Below, piece after piece: positions 1 to 10,070 of a stretch of 64,000 nt of DNA. Positions within the stretch are counted from its first letter, which is position 1; each line of letters starts with the position of its first letter. Below the pieces are notes generated by a model that was not told where the DNA came from, did no database searches, and saw only the letters and a list, made by a program, of their open reading frames with translations. This DNA is from Candidatus Latescibacterota bacterium (GTDB taxonomy: Bacteria; Latescibacterota; UBA2968; UBA8231). Location of the stretch: NCBI GenBank assembly GCA_965221775.1, contig CBDCSU010000006.1, positions 448,001 to 512,000 of the forward strand, written 5' to 3'. Both the position numbers and the translations under genes were made by a program.

Positions 1-1
1 G

Positions 2-1072
2 GAGGCCATAGACCATTTGGTGACCTACCTGCAACAGTTGCAGGCGACAATGGGCGACAGGCGAGAGAGCACCGCCCTGGTCGTCCAGACTGGAAAGCCA
101 TCTGCCGGGCCTCTTGGTCCATGGGAAAGCGTGATCTTCCAGGTTGCTCTCTTCGCCGACGCCAATCTGGAGAGGGTGATACGGGAGGAACTGGGGCGAC
201 CGCAAGGCCGCCTCACACCGGGGGATATCGCCTCCCTGACCCGTGTCAGGGCCCGAGACAGGTCCATTGTCAGTCTATCAGGTCTCGAGAACTGCACGGC
301 TCTGCAATCGCTGTGGCTGAGTAGCAACCAGATTGTTGATCTGACCCCGCTGGCCAACCTGACCAACCTGAAAGAGCTGAGTCTGGGCACCAACCAGGGG
401 CTTGTGGACATCAGGCCTCTCGCCAACTTGACCAATCTGGAAGAGCTGCACTTGGAAAACAACTGGCGAATCGCGGATTGGGGACCGCTGGCCAGCTTGA
501 TCAACCTGCAAGTGCTGAGCCTGAATTCCACTTTGGCGGACTGGGGGCCGCTGTTCAACATGAGCAACCTGCAGACACTGTGGCTGGGTAGCAACCACCT
601 GTCGGATTTGAAGCCGCTGGCCAGCTTCCATAGCCTGCGTAGACTGGGTTTGTACAGTAACCGGATATCGGATCTGAAGCCGCTGGCCAACCTGGCCAAC
701 TTGGAAGATCTGGATTTGCGGAACAACCAGATTGCAGAGGTGGGGCCGCTGGCCGACTTGACTGACCTGGAATCGCTGAATCTGTGGAGAAACCAGGTTG
801 CGGAAGTGGAGCCGCTGGCCAGTTTGGCCAATCTGGATCGTCTGGTGATAGGGGAGAACCAGATCAGGGATGTGACGCCGTTCCTGGGCTTGACGGGACT
901 GTCCTATCTGAGTTTGGAAGACAACCAGATTGAAGACCTTTCGCCCCTCGTCGCAAACAACGGCCTGAGCCGGGGCGATAGTGTAGTTCTGACCGGCAAC
1001 CCCCTCAGCGACCGGGCCAGGAACATCCAGATCCCGGCCTTGAGGGAAAGAGGCGTCGACGTCCGGTACTAG
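2..1072 (+). CDS. Leucine-rich repeat (internalin-like) protein, probably 5'-truncated by the window edge
   Basis: About ten 22-aa repeats of type LxxLxLxxNxIxDLxPLAxL; frame is open from base 2 (GAG GCC ATA GAC CAT TTG); lower GC than neighbours. Confidence 0.9.
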   Translation, partial: EAIDHLVTYLQQLQATMGDRRESTALVVQTGKPSAGPLGPWESVIFQVALFADANLERVIREELGRPQGRLTPGDIASLTRVRARDRSIVSLSGLENCTALQSLWLSSNQIVDLTPLANLTNLKELSLGTNQGLVDIRPLANLTNLEELHLENNWRIADWGPLASLINLQVLSLNSTLADWGPLFNMSNLQTLWLGSNHLSDLKPLASFHSLRRLGLYSNRISDLKPLANLANLEDLDLRNNQIAEVGPLADLTDLESLNLWRNQVAEVEPLASLANLDRLVIGENQIRDVTPFLGLTGLSYLSLEDNQIEDLSPLVANNGLSRGDSVVLTGNPLSDRARNIQIPALRERGVDVRY

Positions 1073-1075
1073 CCT

Positions 1076-1101
1076 GATCCCGTCCGAAGGGGACGGGGAT
1101 C
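1076..1101. terminator. Hairpin between convergent genes, possible terminator
   Basis: GATCCCGTCC-gaagg-GGACGGGGATC inverted repeat just after the LRR stop; no U-tract. Confidence 0.4.
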
Positions 1102-1168
1102 GATGGCCCCTTCCCGCCTGCGTCACCTTCGACGGGCTGCGACGCCACGACGGCCGGCTGTACGCGCT

Positions 1169-2965
1169 CTACGTCGCCTGCGCCCCTCCCGACGCCCCGA
1201 AACGCCGCTCCGCCACCGCCCGCGCCAGATCCGCCCGGGTCACGCGATCAACGCGGTCGGCGCTCAGACCCGCCTCCCCCAGCAGGGCGTTGGCCTCTTC
1301 CGCGCTCAGAAGCCGCTCCGGCTCGAAGTGCAGGTGGTCCTCGGCGCCCGGCCACAGTCCCTCCAGCGCCAGGAGCTGACCGGCCGCGAAGGCGGGATGC
1401 CCCTGGGGCAGGTCGTCGTACCAGTAGAGGGGAACCCCCGTGTCGAGCAGCTGCCGCTGGAAGACGCGCAGCAGACCGGCGTCGTCGAGTACGGCACCCG
1501 GCTTGACGGCGCGGCCCAGGCAGAAGGCGGCGAGGGCACCGGCGGCCTCGCCGATGTTCCACTCGATGGGTTGCAGGCGGTAGCAGCCGTTGGTCATGTG
1601 GGTGACGCCGAGGTTCTTGCAGGCGGGCAGCAGGTTGTCGGCGTCGGCCGGCAGCAGGGCGCCGAGGGGGACCTGGAAGGGCAGGGTCGGCCCGGTGGCG
1701 GCCACGTCGCCGGGCACGCCGTGGATGTCCATGGGATAGTGGCCGATGCCGACGCTGTCGGCGAAGGGCTCCGCGCGGGCGCCGGTGCGCAGGCGGGCGA
1801 GCACGTCCTGCTGCAGAACCGTCCGGCGGGCGAGGATGCGGCGGGACTCGCGGATGTAGGGGTACTGCGACAGTCCGTCGGCGGTGCCCATGACGTCGGG
1901 GCGCAGGCGCATCTCCGGATAGCCGCGGCCCTGGCCGTCGTCGCGCGGGACCTCGGTCTGCAGCCAGTAGAGCAGCCCCAGGCTCAGCTCCTTGGCCTTG
2001 CGCAGCAGACCGGCCCTCTCCGCGGGAGCCGCGTCGATGATGTTGCCGCCCTTGAAGTCGTTGCCCGCCCAGTTGATCATGGCCAGGTCGCCGTCCACCT
2101 GGCCGGGGGCGAACTGGTCGGCGGCCACCAGGCGCCGGTAGGTCCAGAAGGAGCCGGGCAGGTCGGTGACATCCTCGAAGATCTTGTAGGTCAGGTCGCG
2201 CTCGCCGTAGCGCAGGGTCAGTGTGTAGGGCTGGTGGTCGCGGTTGTGCTCGTAGCCGGGAGGCCGCGGGATGGTGTGGTCCTGGCCGGGGCAGAAGTCG
2301 ACGGCGAAGGGAAAGGTGAAGGTCTGCACCAGGGCGGGGTCCGGTCCGTCGGCGCGGGCGTCGGGCTCGCCGGTCCGGTCCCGCGACTCGGCGCCGCTGG
2401 CGTACGGCAGGTCGAGCATGGGCAGCAGATCGCCCAGCTCGGTGGCGTCGAGGTAGTATGAGGCGCGGAAGCGGAGGTGGCGTTGGCGGCCGGGCTGGGC
2501 GACGGTGACGGAGGTGATGGTCGTGCCGTCGCGCCGGGCGCCGATGGGCCAGGCGTTGGGGTAGATCCGCAGGCGGCCGGCCTCGACCTGGGGCTCGAGC
2601 ATGCGGCGGAGGGCGGCCAGGCCGGCGCGCGGCTCGAAGCAGAGGCGGCTCACCCAGCCGTCGCCGGGATTGAAGAAGGGGGCGGTCTCCGCCTTTCCGG
2701 AGAGCGGGTAGCGGTTCCTGTAGTGATCGCGGATCCCCTCGCGGAACTCGTAGTAGAGGGAGGTGGCCCCGCAGCTCTCGATGTACTGGTGCTCGTCGAG
2801 GGCCGAGACGCCCTGGGAGGTGCACTGGCCGCCGAGCCAGGGGGTCTCCTCGGTGAGGCAGACCCGGTACCCGAGGCGGGCGGCGCGGAGGGCGGCCGCG
2901 CAGCCGCCCAGGCCTCCGCCGACGACGAGGATGTCACATTCGACTTCTTGCGTTGGCAGGTGCAT
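1169..2965 (-). CDS. FAD-dependent oxidoreductase (FAD_oxidored family)
   Basis: DILVVGGGLGGCAAA Rossmann motif, WLGGQCTSQGV, LDATELGDL, PYIRESRRI, FQVPLGALLP. Confidence 0.85.
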   Translation of the reverse strand: MHLPTQEVECDILVVGGGLGGCAAALRAARLGYRVCLTEETPWLGGQCTSQGVSALDEHQYIESCGATSLYYEFREGIRDHYRNRYPLSGKAETAPFFNPGDGWVSRLCFEPRAGLAALRRMLEPQVEAGRLRIYPNAWPIGARRDGTTITSVTVAQPGRQRHLRFRASYYLDATELGDLLPMLDLPYASGAESRDRTGEPDARADGPDPALVQTFTFPFAVDFCPGQDHTIPRPPGYEHNRDHQPYTLTLRYGERDLTYKIFEDVTDLPGSFWTYRRLVAADQFAPGQVDGDLAMINWAGNDFKGGNIIDAAPAERAGLLRKAKELSLGLLYWLQTEVPRDDGQGRGYPEMRLRPDVMGTADGLSQYPYIRESRRILARRTVLQQDVLARLRTGARAEPFADSVGIGHYPMDIHGVPGDVAATGPTLPFQVPLGALLPADADNLLPACKNLGVTHMTNGCYRLQPIEWNIGEAAGALAAFCLGRAVKPGAVLDDAGLLRVFQRQLLDTGVPLYWYDDLPQGHPAFAAGQLLALEGLWPGAEDHLHFEPERLLSAEEANALLGEAGLSADRVDRVTRADLARAVAERRFGASGGAQAT

Positions 2966-3012
2966 AGGCAGCTAGTTTGCTCCCGGACCGAATATCGACG
3001 AAGGAGACGCCG

Positions 3013-3807
3013 ATGCCCCTGACTTCAGAACAGAAGACCCACTTCGAGGAAAACGGGTTCCTGCCCTATCACCGTGTCCTCTCCGACGACGAGCTCGAGG
3101 CCCTGCGCCGGCGCAGCGAGGAGATCGTCCGGGGCGAGGCCCCCCACGTCCCCGAGGAGTACGTGCAGCTGGAGATCGCTTTCCGCAACGGGGAGACCGA
3201 GGTCGACCGCCTCGACCAGGTGCGCAAGATGACTCACCTGAGCTACTTCGATCCCTTGTTCGAGGCCGTGGCCCGCAAGGCGGAGATCGTCGACGTCATC
3301 GAGGAGCTGCTGGGACCCGACATCAAGCTCTACTGCGACCAGCTGATGATGAAGGCCCGCCATCACGGCACGGTCACCGACTGGCACCAGGACTCGGTGG
3401 CCTGGCCCCAGTTCGCGCCCCAGGACCACGTCTCGTGCTGGGTCGCCATCGACGACGCCACCGTGGCCAACGGCTGCATGACCATGCTGCCGGGCAGCCA
3501 CAAGTGGGGACCGATCGGGAAGGAGCAGAGAACGCTCTTCGTGGACAATCCCCTGGTCGCCGACCCCGTACCGGTGGAGCTGCCCGCCGGCTCCTGCCTG
3601 TTCCACCACGGGCTGAACTTCCACCGCACCGGCGCCAACCCCACCCCCCACCGGCGGCGAGGCCTGGCCCTCCACTACCTCAGCTCCGAGACGATGTACC
3701 TCGGCATCGAGAACGAGGAGCACCGTCTGAAGATGGAGTGCGGCAAGCCGCGGGGTGAGTTCCGCTTCATGCTGATCCGGGGCCGCGAGTTCGAGGGGCG
3801 CGTCTAG
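3013..3807 (+). CDS. Phytanoyl-CoA dioxygenase (PhyH) family Fe(II)/2-oxoglutarate dioxygenase
   Basis: AAGGAG RBS at 3001 then ATG 3013; F-E-E-N-G-F N-terminus, WHQD, LPGSHK, distal H in FHRT. Confidence 0.9.
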   Translation: MPLTSEQKTHFEENGFLPYHRVLSDDELEALRRRSEEIVRGEAPHVPEEYVQLEIAFRNGETEVDRLDQVRKMTHLSYFDPLFEAVARKAEIVDVIEELLGPDIKLYCDQLMMKARHHGTVTDWHQDSVAWPQFAPQDHVSCWVAIDDATVANGCMTMLPGSHKWGPIGKEQRTLFVDNPLVADPVPVELPAGSCLFHHGLNFHRTGANPTPHRRRGLALHYLSSETMYLGIENEEHRLKMECGKPRGEFRFMLIRGREFEGRV

Positions 3808-3880
3808 GCTCCAGCCCGCAGTCGCGCCCCTTGCGAGCCCGGCGCCCTCGCGTGTACGCGGTCCGTGCACGCGCAGGCAC

Positions 3881-5047
3881 TCAGCGGATGCCCAGAGCGT
3901 CGTCGATCTCGGCCTGGTAGCCCTCCAGCTCGCCGGCCTCGACCTCGGCCAGGCTGACGGGCCGCTTGAACCACTCCGACTCGAGCACCGCCATGCAGAT
4001 CGCCTGCGAGCGGTAGCCCTCCAGGCCGTCCACCTCCGGCACTCCCCGGCCCCGGGCCGCGTCGGCGAAGTCCTTCAGCTCGGTGGCGATGGGGTCCTCC
4101 ACGCCGCCGGGGAAGAGCCGCTCCCTCTCCTCCTCCGACAGGCTGCCCCGGTACTCCGCCACCAGCTCTTCGTTGGGCGTGTTCCTCCCGTCGCGGGTCC
4201 ACAGGCCGCTCTGCCAGTCGATGCAGCCCTCGCTCCCGTAGATCGCCCGCCTTCCGAACTCCCGCCCCGGCGCCGAGCCCTGCCACGTCCACTGCACCAC
4301 GGCGCCGCCGTCGAAGTCGATGAGCGCCATGGCGCAGTCCTCCACGTCCACCGGCCAGGCGCCTTCGCGCTCCACCGGACGGTCGTAGCGGTACGGCTCG
4401 AAGCTGCGCACCCGCGCCATCACCTGCTGCGCCTCGGCCCCGAGGTGATAGCGGAAGAGGTCGGTGAAGTGGACGCCGCCGTCGAGGAGCCACCCGGCCC
4501 CGGCTTCGCGCTTGAAGTTGCGCCAGCCCCACTTGCCCATCTGCATGCCGGTGTCCTGCCAGTAGAAGGTGCGCGGCCGGCCGATGCGCCCGGCAGCCAC
4601 CGCCCAGGCCCGGGCCCGCTCCCCCGGCGAGCGGCGGTAGTTCTCGGCCACGGCGAGCTGGCAGCGGTTGTCCACCGCCGCCTCGAGGATCTGGCGGCCG
4701 GCGCGCAGGGTGATGGCCAGCGGCTTCTCGATGCTGACGTGCTTGCCCTCCTCCAGACAGGCCACGGCGAGAACGTGGTGCTGCGAGTGGGGGACACAGA
4801 TGTCCACGGCGTCGAGCCCGTCGACGCCCATGAGCATCTCGTCCACGTCGGTGTGGATCTCCGGCTTGTGCTTCTGGAAGCCGGCGACCTCGCCGGCCCG
4901 CTGCCGCGCCGCCTCCTCCACCTGGTCGCAGCAGGCCACCACCTCGATGTCGTCGATTCCGGCTTTCCGCAACCCCTGCAGGCCCTGCACGTGGGCGCCG
5001 GCCATGCTGCCGCAGCCGACGAGAGCCAACCGCAACTGTTCCACCAT
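3881..5047 (-). CDS. Gfo/Idh/MocA family NAD(P)-dependent oxidoreductase
   Basis: LVGCGSMA, HVSIEKPLA, LLDGGVHFTD, VEDCA. Confidence 0.9.
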   Translation of the reverse strand: MVEQLRLALVGCGSMAGAHVQGLQGLRKAGIDDIEVVACCDQVEEAARQRAGEVAGFQKHKPEIHTDVDEMLMGVDGLDAVDICVPHSQHHVLAVACLEEGKHVSIEKPLAITLRAGRQILEAAVDNRCQLAVAENYRRSPGERARAWAVAAGRIGRPRTFYWQDTGMQMGKWGWRNFKREAGAGWLLDGGVHFTDLFRYHLGAEAQQVMARVRSFEPYRYDRPVEREGAWPVDVEDCAMALIDFDGGAVVQWTWQGSAPGREFGRRAIYGSEGCIDWQSGLWTRDGRNTPNEELVAEYRGSLSEEERERLFPGGVEDPIATELKDFADAARGRGVPEVDGLEGYRSQAICMAVLESEWFKRPVSLAEVEAGELEGYQAEIDDALGIR

Positions 5048-5056
5048 GTCTCTCCG

Positions 5057-6211
5057 TCAGGGTTCGATGGTGTAGCGGGCCACGGCCTCTTCGTCCAGCT
5101 CGATCCCCAGCCCGGGGCCGTCGGGGACACTGGCAAAGCCGTCGTCCACCACCACCGGCTTGCTGGCCAGCTCCGTCATCATCGGGCTCGGACCGTGGTG
5201 CCAGTCCTTCATCGCTCCCCGGGGGGTGATGGGGTACTCGCACAGGAATCCCCGGGGCATGGCCGCCACGAGGTGAATGCTGGCGGCGAAGTTGACCGCC
5301 GTGCCCCAGTTGTGGGGCACCACCGGGATGTTCGCCAGTCTCGCCATCTCGGCGATGCGCCGCGCCTCGGTGAGCCCTCCCACCCACGACAGGTCGGGCT
5401 GCAGCAGGTCGACGGCGCGGTGCTGGATCAGGTCGCGGAAGGCGAAGGCCGTCAGGTCCGACTCCCCGGCGGCGATGCGCACGTTGGTACGGGCGGTGAG
5501 CTCGGCCATGTTGGCGGCGTCGTCGGCGCTCGACAGGGGCTCCTCCCACCAGTAGATGCCGGCGCCCGAGTCCTCGATCATGCGCGCCGTCTGCAGGGCC
5601 TCGGCGAGACTGGCGGGACGGCCGAGATCGAGCATGAGATCGACCTCCTCCCCGGCCCGGGCGCGGATCTCCCGCAGGATGGCCGTGTCCCGCGAGGGGC
5701 GGTGGCCGAAGTCGGGCCAGCCCCAGTACTTGATCGCCCCGTACCCCTGGCCGGCGTACTCCTCCGTGGAGACGTAGGCCGGCTCGGGACGGGCGCTGTC
5801 GACCCAGATGCTGCTCACGTAGACCTTGACGCGCTCGCGGAAGCGGCCCCCCAGCAGATCGCACAAGGGGATGCCCAGGGTGCGCGCCGCGGCGTCGTGG
5901 ACGGCCATGTCGATGGCGCTCATGGCGTGGACCATCATGCCGCGGCGGTCGTAGAGGCGCTCACAGGCGTCGTACATCCGCTCCCAGACGACGGCCGTGG
6001 CCAGGACCTCCTGGCCCACCGCCTCCTGCGCCAGGCGGCGGTCGATCAGCTCCCTGGCGGCGAAGACGCCGCTGCCGTCGCTGTCGGGGACGAAGCACTC
6101 CCCCAGGCCTTCGACGCCTGCGTCGGTGCGCAGGCGCACCAGCACCCAGCCTCCGTTGGGATACTCGTACGACTTCAGGACGTGGGCGGTGACTTCCGTG
6201 ATCCTCGCCAT
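5057..6211 (-). CDS. Mandelate racemase/muconate lactonizing (enolase superfamily) enzyme
   Basis: GVEGLGE, SAIDMAVHD, LMLD / WEEP / AGES metal ligands, LQPD, PHNW; start at MARITEV. Confidence 0.9.
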   Translation of the reverse strand: MARITEVTAHVLKSYEYPNGGWVLVRLRTDAGVEGLGECFVPDSDGSGVFAARELIDRRLAQEAVGQEVLATAVVWERMYDACERLYDRRGMMVHAMSAIDMAVHDAAARTLGIPLCDLLGGRFRERVKVYVSSIWVDSARPEPAYVSTEEYAGQGYGAIKYWGWPDFGHRPSRDTAILREIRARAGEEVDLMLDLGRPASLAEALQTARMIEDSGAGIYWWEEPLSSADDAANMAELTARTNVRIAAGESDLTAFAFRDLIQHRAVDLLQPDLSWVGGLTEARRIAEMARLANIPVVPHNWGTAVNFAASIHLVAAMPRGFLCEYPITPRGAMKDWHHGPSPMMTELASKPVVVDDGFASVPDGPGLGIELDEEAVARYTIEP

Positions 6212-6257
6212 ATGTGTTCCTTTACCGGCCCCGCCAAACCAGGCCTGGAGGCCGCCA

Positions 6258-6554
6258 ATGCCGGAACGAACCGTCTCCGACGACGTCGGGTCGAAGCTGC
6301 TCTTCGAGAACGATCGCGTGCGCGTATGGGACCTGCGACTCGAGCCGGGGCAGAGCACCGGCCTTCACCGCCACACCGAGGACTACCTCTACGTCGTGAT
6401 CGGCGGCGGCGCCCTCAAGGGCTCCGGCGGCGAGCCGAGGCAGATGGCCGACGGCCACGTGGTCTTCCGGGAGATCCCCGGCGAGGATGTCCACGAGGCC
6501 GTCAACGCCGGGGACCAGCCCTGGCGCAACATCATCGTCGAGCTGAAGGACTGA
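6258..6554 (+). CDS. Small cupin-domain protein
   Basis: GGAGG RBS before ATG 6258; LLFENDRVRVWDLRLEPG, HRH, VHEAVN, IVELK. Confidence 0.85.
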   Translation: MPERTVSDDVGSKLLFENDRVRVWDLRLEPGQSTGLHRHTEDYLYVVIGGGALKGSGGEPRQMADGHVVFREIPGEDVHEAVNAGDQPWRNIIVELKD

Positions 6555-6620
6555 CCGGCGCCCGGGGCGCACCCTCCGGCGGGGAAGATAGGTCCCCGCC
6601 GGAGCCCTGTCCCTGACTGT

Positions 6621-8654
6621 TCACTCCCGGGCCAGGTACCCGTTGACCTTGTGGTCCGGGTCGCTGGCCAGACCTCCGTGGTCGAGCCGGGCCGCGGCGC
6701 CTCCCGAGACGGCGTTGATGGCTCCCCCGTTCAGGCTCACCGGGCCCGACCGAACCGAGAGGCCGTTGGTGTCCCAGTCGCTGCGGCGCACCCGGTACTC
6801 GAAGATCAGGCTTTCCGTGCCGGACCCGCTCCGGTAGTACGTCCTCCTCGTGGAGCGGCAGTTGAACTCGAGCCGCAGATAGGGAGTGCCGGTGACCGTC
6901 ACCGGCCCATCGAAGGCCACCTCCACCTGGATGACCTCGTCACGGCCGTAGGTCGTCCCCGTCTCGGGGGAGGAGATGATCCGAAGTCCCTGGATCACCG
7001 GGGCCGCTGCCTGCTGTTCCAGGACCACCTGCGCCATGGCCGGCGCCCCGGACCTCACATTCCGCGGGAGGTCGCCGAAGTTCAGCCGGATCATCTCCTC
7101 CTCGGTCTCATCCTGATCCGTGTCTTCCATGGCCACGAGGGTGAAGGTCTGCATGCTCTCCTCGGGTTCGAAGGTGAGGCTCGACGGCACCCCCGAGTAG
7201 TCCTCGGGACCGGTCCCCTCTCCCTCCTCCACCATGATCGGCACCGAGACGGGGAACACCCCTGCCGCCGGGTCCAGGTAGACGGCGATCTCGACGCCGG
7301 AGGGGTCCCCCTCCATCGTGGTGTAACGCGATTCCCCGAAGGAGACGGTGCGCTCGATCTTCTCTGCACGCATCGTCGAGGACCAGTCTCCCGTGCCTTC
7401 GCCGTTCGTGGCCCGGACCTGGATCTCGTAGGCGTCCTCCGCCGCATCCGCTATCGTCACCTCGGTCTCCGTGAAGTCCGTGTCCGTCACCTCGGTCCAG
7501 TCCCCGGTGCCCGCCGGCCGGTAACGGTAGTCGTAGTCCGTGACCTCGAAGCCGGGCGGAAACGGCACCACCCTTCCGTCCTCGCTGAAGCCGCCGGGCG
7601 CGGTCCAGCTCACGTCGATCTTCGTGTCGTCCTCCTCCCGGTACTCACCTTGTCCGCCTCCCGGCGGCACCGGGACCCCCACGTCCTTGACCCGGATGGC
7701 CAGGTCGAGCACCGAACCGCTGCACCCCGTCGGACTTCCTTCGTTATTGAGGTAATGGATGTCGTGCGTGTTCACGACGCGCACCTGGTACTCGTTGTCA
7801 CCGTCGCCGTCGCCCGGAGCTTCATAGTCGGGAACGCTCTTCAGCGCCAGCGACACCGTCCCCGAGGTCGCCCTCTCTTCGGAAGCGAGGTTGAACAGAG
7901 AGTTGTCACCGCCGCCGTCGGGGAACGTGTATGGATGGTAGGCCGTGACGATCTCGCAGCGGATGGAGGGCGGCGTCCAGTCGAAGCCCCATTCGCGGAA
8001 GTCGGCCGTAACCGCCGTCCAGGTGGGCGGTTCCTCGGGTGTCGTCGCCCCTTCGTACATCTCCAGGGGAGTGGAGATCTCCCAGCGCTGGTCCCCCGCG
8101 TATTGGGCCGGATCCGAAAACTGGGCCGATCCGTCGTAGACCAGTTGGAGGCTGAAGACTTGGGGACCGGTCTCGTCGGTTCCGTCGCTCGCGTAGATGG
8201 CGGCCGCAAAGCTGGGAAGGTTGGCGAACTCGCCGTAGACAGAGGTGAACCGCCCGGGGCTGATGTCGCCATCGGGGCCCAGGTTGAAGGTGTTCCCCTC
8301 TCGCGTGATCCGCAGCAAGGCTTCCTCGGGGGTCTGGATGCCCGTCATGCCGGGCACGGCGAAGGCGAATCGGTAGGAGACGTCCTCTCCCTCCGGGTCC
8401 GTCGCCGGCTCGCCAGGAAACGTCAGCGGGGCAGCCGTACCCCTCGGCATCAGAAGGGTCAGCCCGCGGTTCTGTATGGAGATCGAGAAGGCCGGGGGAT
8501 GGTTGCTCCCGTGGCTCCTGACCGCCACCGCTTTCCCCGCCGGCGACGGTCGCAGGTCGTCGGTCGGCTCGGTCGACCGCGTCGGCCTGGAGTCGTTTCC
8601 ACAGGCGACGAGGATGGCCAGCGTGAGGCCAAGGAGAGTGGATGACCATTTCAT
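6621..8654 (-). CDS. Surface lipoprotein with cadherin-like, fibronectin type III, Calx-beta and Ig-like domains
   Basis: Lipobox LVAC; PDYEAPGDGDGDNEYQVRV (cadherin-like); YDYRYR...YEIQVRATNGEGTGDWS (FN3); VSFGESRYTTMEG (Calx-beta); C-terminal VTGTP...YRSGSGT...FEYRV module. Confidence 0.75.
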   Translation of the reverse strand: MKWSSTLLGLTLAILVACGNDSRPTRSTEPTDDLRPSPAGKAVAVRSHGSNHPPAFSISIQNRGLTLLMPRGTAAPLTFPGEPATDPEGEDVSYRFAFAVPGMTGIQTPEEALLRITREGNTFNLGPDGDISPGRFTSVYGEFANLPSFAAAIYASDGTDETGPQVFSLQLVYDGSAQFSDPAQYAGDQRWEISTPLEMYEGATTPEEPPTWTAVTADFREWGFDWTPPSIRCEIVTAYHPYTFPDGGGDNSLFNLASEERATSGTVSLALKSVPDYEAPGDGDGDNEYQVRVVNTHDIHYLNNEGSPTGCSGSVLDLAIRVKDVGVPVPPGGGQGEYREEDDTKIDVSWTAPGGFSEDGRVVPFPPGFEVTDYDYRYRPAGTGDWTEVTDTDFTETEVTIADAAEDAYEIQVRATNGEGTGDWSSTMRAEKIERTVSFGESRYTTMEGDPSGVEIAVYLDPAAGVFPVSVPIMVEEGEGTGPEDYSGVPSSLTFEPEESMQTFTLVAMEDTDQDETEEEMIRLNFGDLPRNVRSGAPAMAQVVLEQQAAAPVIQGLRIISSPETGTTYGRDEVIQVEVAFDGPVTVTGTPYLRLEFNCRSTRRTYYRSGSGTESLIFEYRVRRSDWDTNGLSVRSGPVSLNGGAINAVSGGAAARLDHGGLASDPDHKVNGYLARE

Positions 8655-8849
8655 GTCGCGGCTCCGTGGTTGCGAGGTGGGCGGGAGGAACCACCCATCC
8701 TCGGAGGAGCCCGCGACCAGGTCCTGGCCCGATCAACAGCCATGAGACCATCTCCCTTCACACCCCCACTTGCATCACACGAGGTCTCATCGCTTCAAAC
8801 CACTGAACCGCTACATCGGTTCCTCCCTTCTGATCGGGCGGGCGTGGTG

Positions 8850-9713
8850 CTACAGGGCGGTGCGCTCCCGCGACCGCGCGTCCCTAACCAGCCGGCCGCT
8901 GTGCAGCACTCCCTGCATGCAGCGGTCGCGCCAGTCAGCGGAGGCGTCGTAGAGCTTCTCCGCCGTGTCGATCGCGGTGATCAGCACGGTGGGCCGGTGC
9001 TGCGGCGCCTTGTTGACGATCACCCCTTCGGCGTTGACGACGAAGCTCGGCCAGGCGTAGCGCCGGGTGCCGTTGTTGGCGCTCACGGCGTAGTAGTTGC
9101 TGGCCGCCGCGGCCTGGAGGGTGGCCGGCACGGTGATCTTGTACTTGTCGCAGGTCTCCTTCCGGCCGCCGGCGTTGTGGAAGGAGACCAGCATCAGGTC
9201 GACGCCCTTGCGCTTGTACTCGCGGAACAGCTCGGGATAGCGGAAGTCGTGGCAGATCAGCAGGCCGCAGGTGAGGCCGCGCACCCGGAAGGTGATCAGC
9301 GCCTCGCCGGGGCTGTAGTTGGCGAGGTCCCCGTCCTTCCCGCTGGCGCTGCCGGTGCAGAACACCTTGTCGTAGCGGCTGACGATGCGGCCCCGGGCGT
9401 CGATGACGTAGAGGGAGTTGTGGGGCTTGTGCTTTCCCGAGAGGCGGTGGTTGCAGCCGACGACGACCCAGACCCGGTGGCGCCGGGCCGCGGCCATCAC
9501 CTCCTCCATGGCCGCCGTGATCCGCTCCCAGCCGGCGGCGCCGTGGGAGGAGACCTCGACGCCGAGATAGCCGGAGATGCAGGCCTCGGAGAAGTGCACG
9601 AGGTCGGCGCCCCGGGCCCTGGCGGCGGCGATCTGACGGGTGGCGAAGCCCAGGTTGCGCCGGGGATCCTCGTCAACGGGGAACTGGCAGGTCGCCAGGA
9701 CGAGCTTGGGCAA
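8850..9713 (-). CDS. Carbon-nitrogen hydrolase (nitrilase/amidase superfamily)
   Basis: Catalytic triad motifs HFSE, RYDK, LICHDFRYPE. Confidence 0.9.
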   Translation of the reverse strand: MPKLVLATCQFPVDEDPRRNLGFATRQIAAARARGADLVHFSEACISGYLGVEVSSHGAAGWERITAAMEEVMAAARRHRVWVVVGCNHRLSGKHKPHNSLYVIDARGRIVSRYDKVFCTGSASGKDGDLANYSPGEALITFRVRGLTCGLLICHDFRYPELFREYKRKGVDLMLVSFHNAGGRKETCDKYKITVPATLQAAAASNYYAVSANNGTRRYAWPSFVVNAEGVIVNKAPQHRPTVLITAIDTAEKLYDASADWRDRCMQGVLHSGRLVRDARSRERTAL

Positions 9714-9767
9714 GAGGGCCTCCTCGGGTCGCGGGATTTCGGAAGTACCGTATTTTAGCCCCTGGTC

Positions 9768-10052
9768 ATGGACGAGCCGAGAGTCGAGATCTACCTGAGC
9801 CCGTTCTGCGCCTTCTGCTGGAAGGCGCGGCTCCTGCTGCGGCGCGAGGGCATCCGCTACCGGAAGATCCCCATCCGCTTCTGGTTCGGGATCAAGCTGC
9901 CCACGGCCGCCTTCAAGGAGATGGTGCGGCGCACGGGCGGAGACTCCACCATCCCCCAGGTCTTCGTCGACGGCGAGTACCTGGGCACCGAGGAAACCCT
10001 CGAGGAGCTGCAGCGGCGCGGCGAGTTGCAGAGACGCCTCGGAGACGGCTGA
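9768..10052 (+). CDS. Glutaredoxin-like protein
   Basis: CAFC dithiol motif, TIPQVFVDGEYLG cis-Pro motif. Confidence 0.85.
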   Translation: MDEPRVEIYLSPFCAFCWKARLLLRREGIRYRKIPIRFWFGIKLPTAAFKEMVRRTGGDSTIPQVFVDGEYLGTEETLEELQRRGELQRRLGDG

Positions 10053-10070
10053 AGCAGGGACGAACTGACG

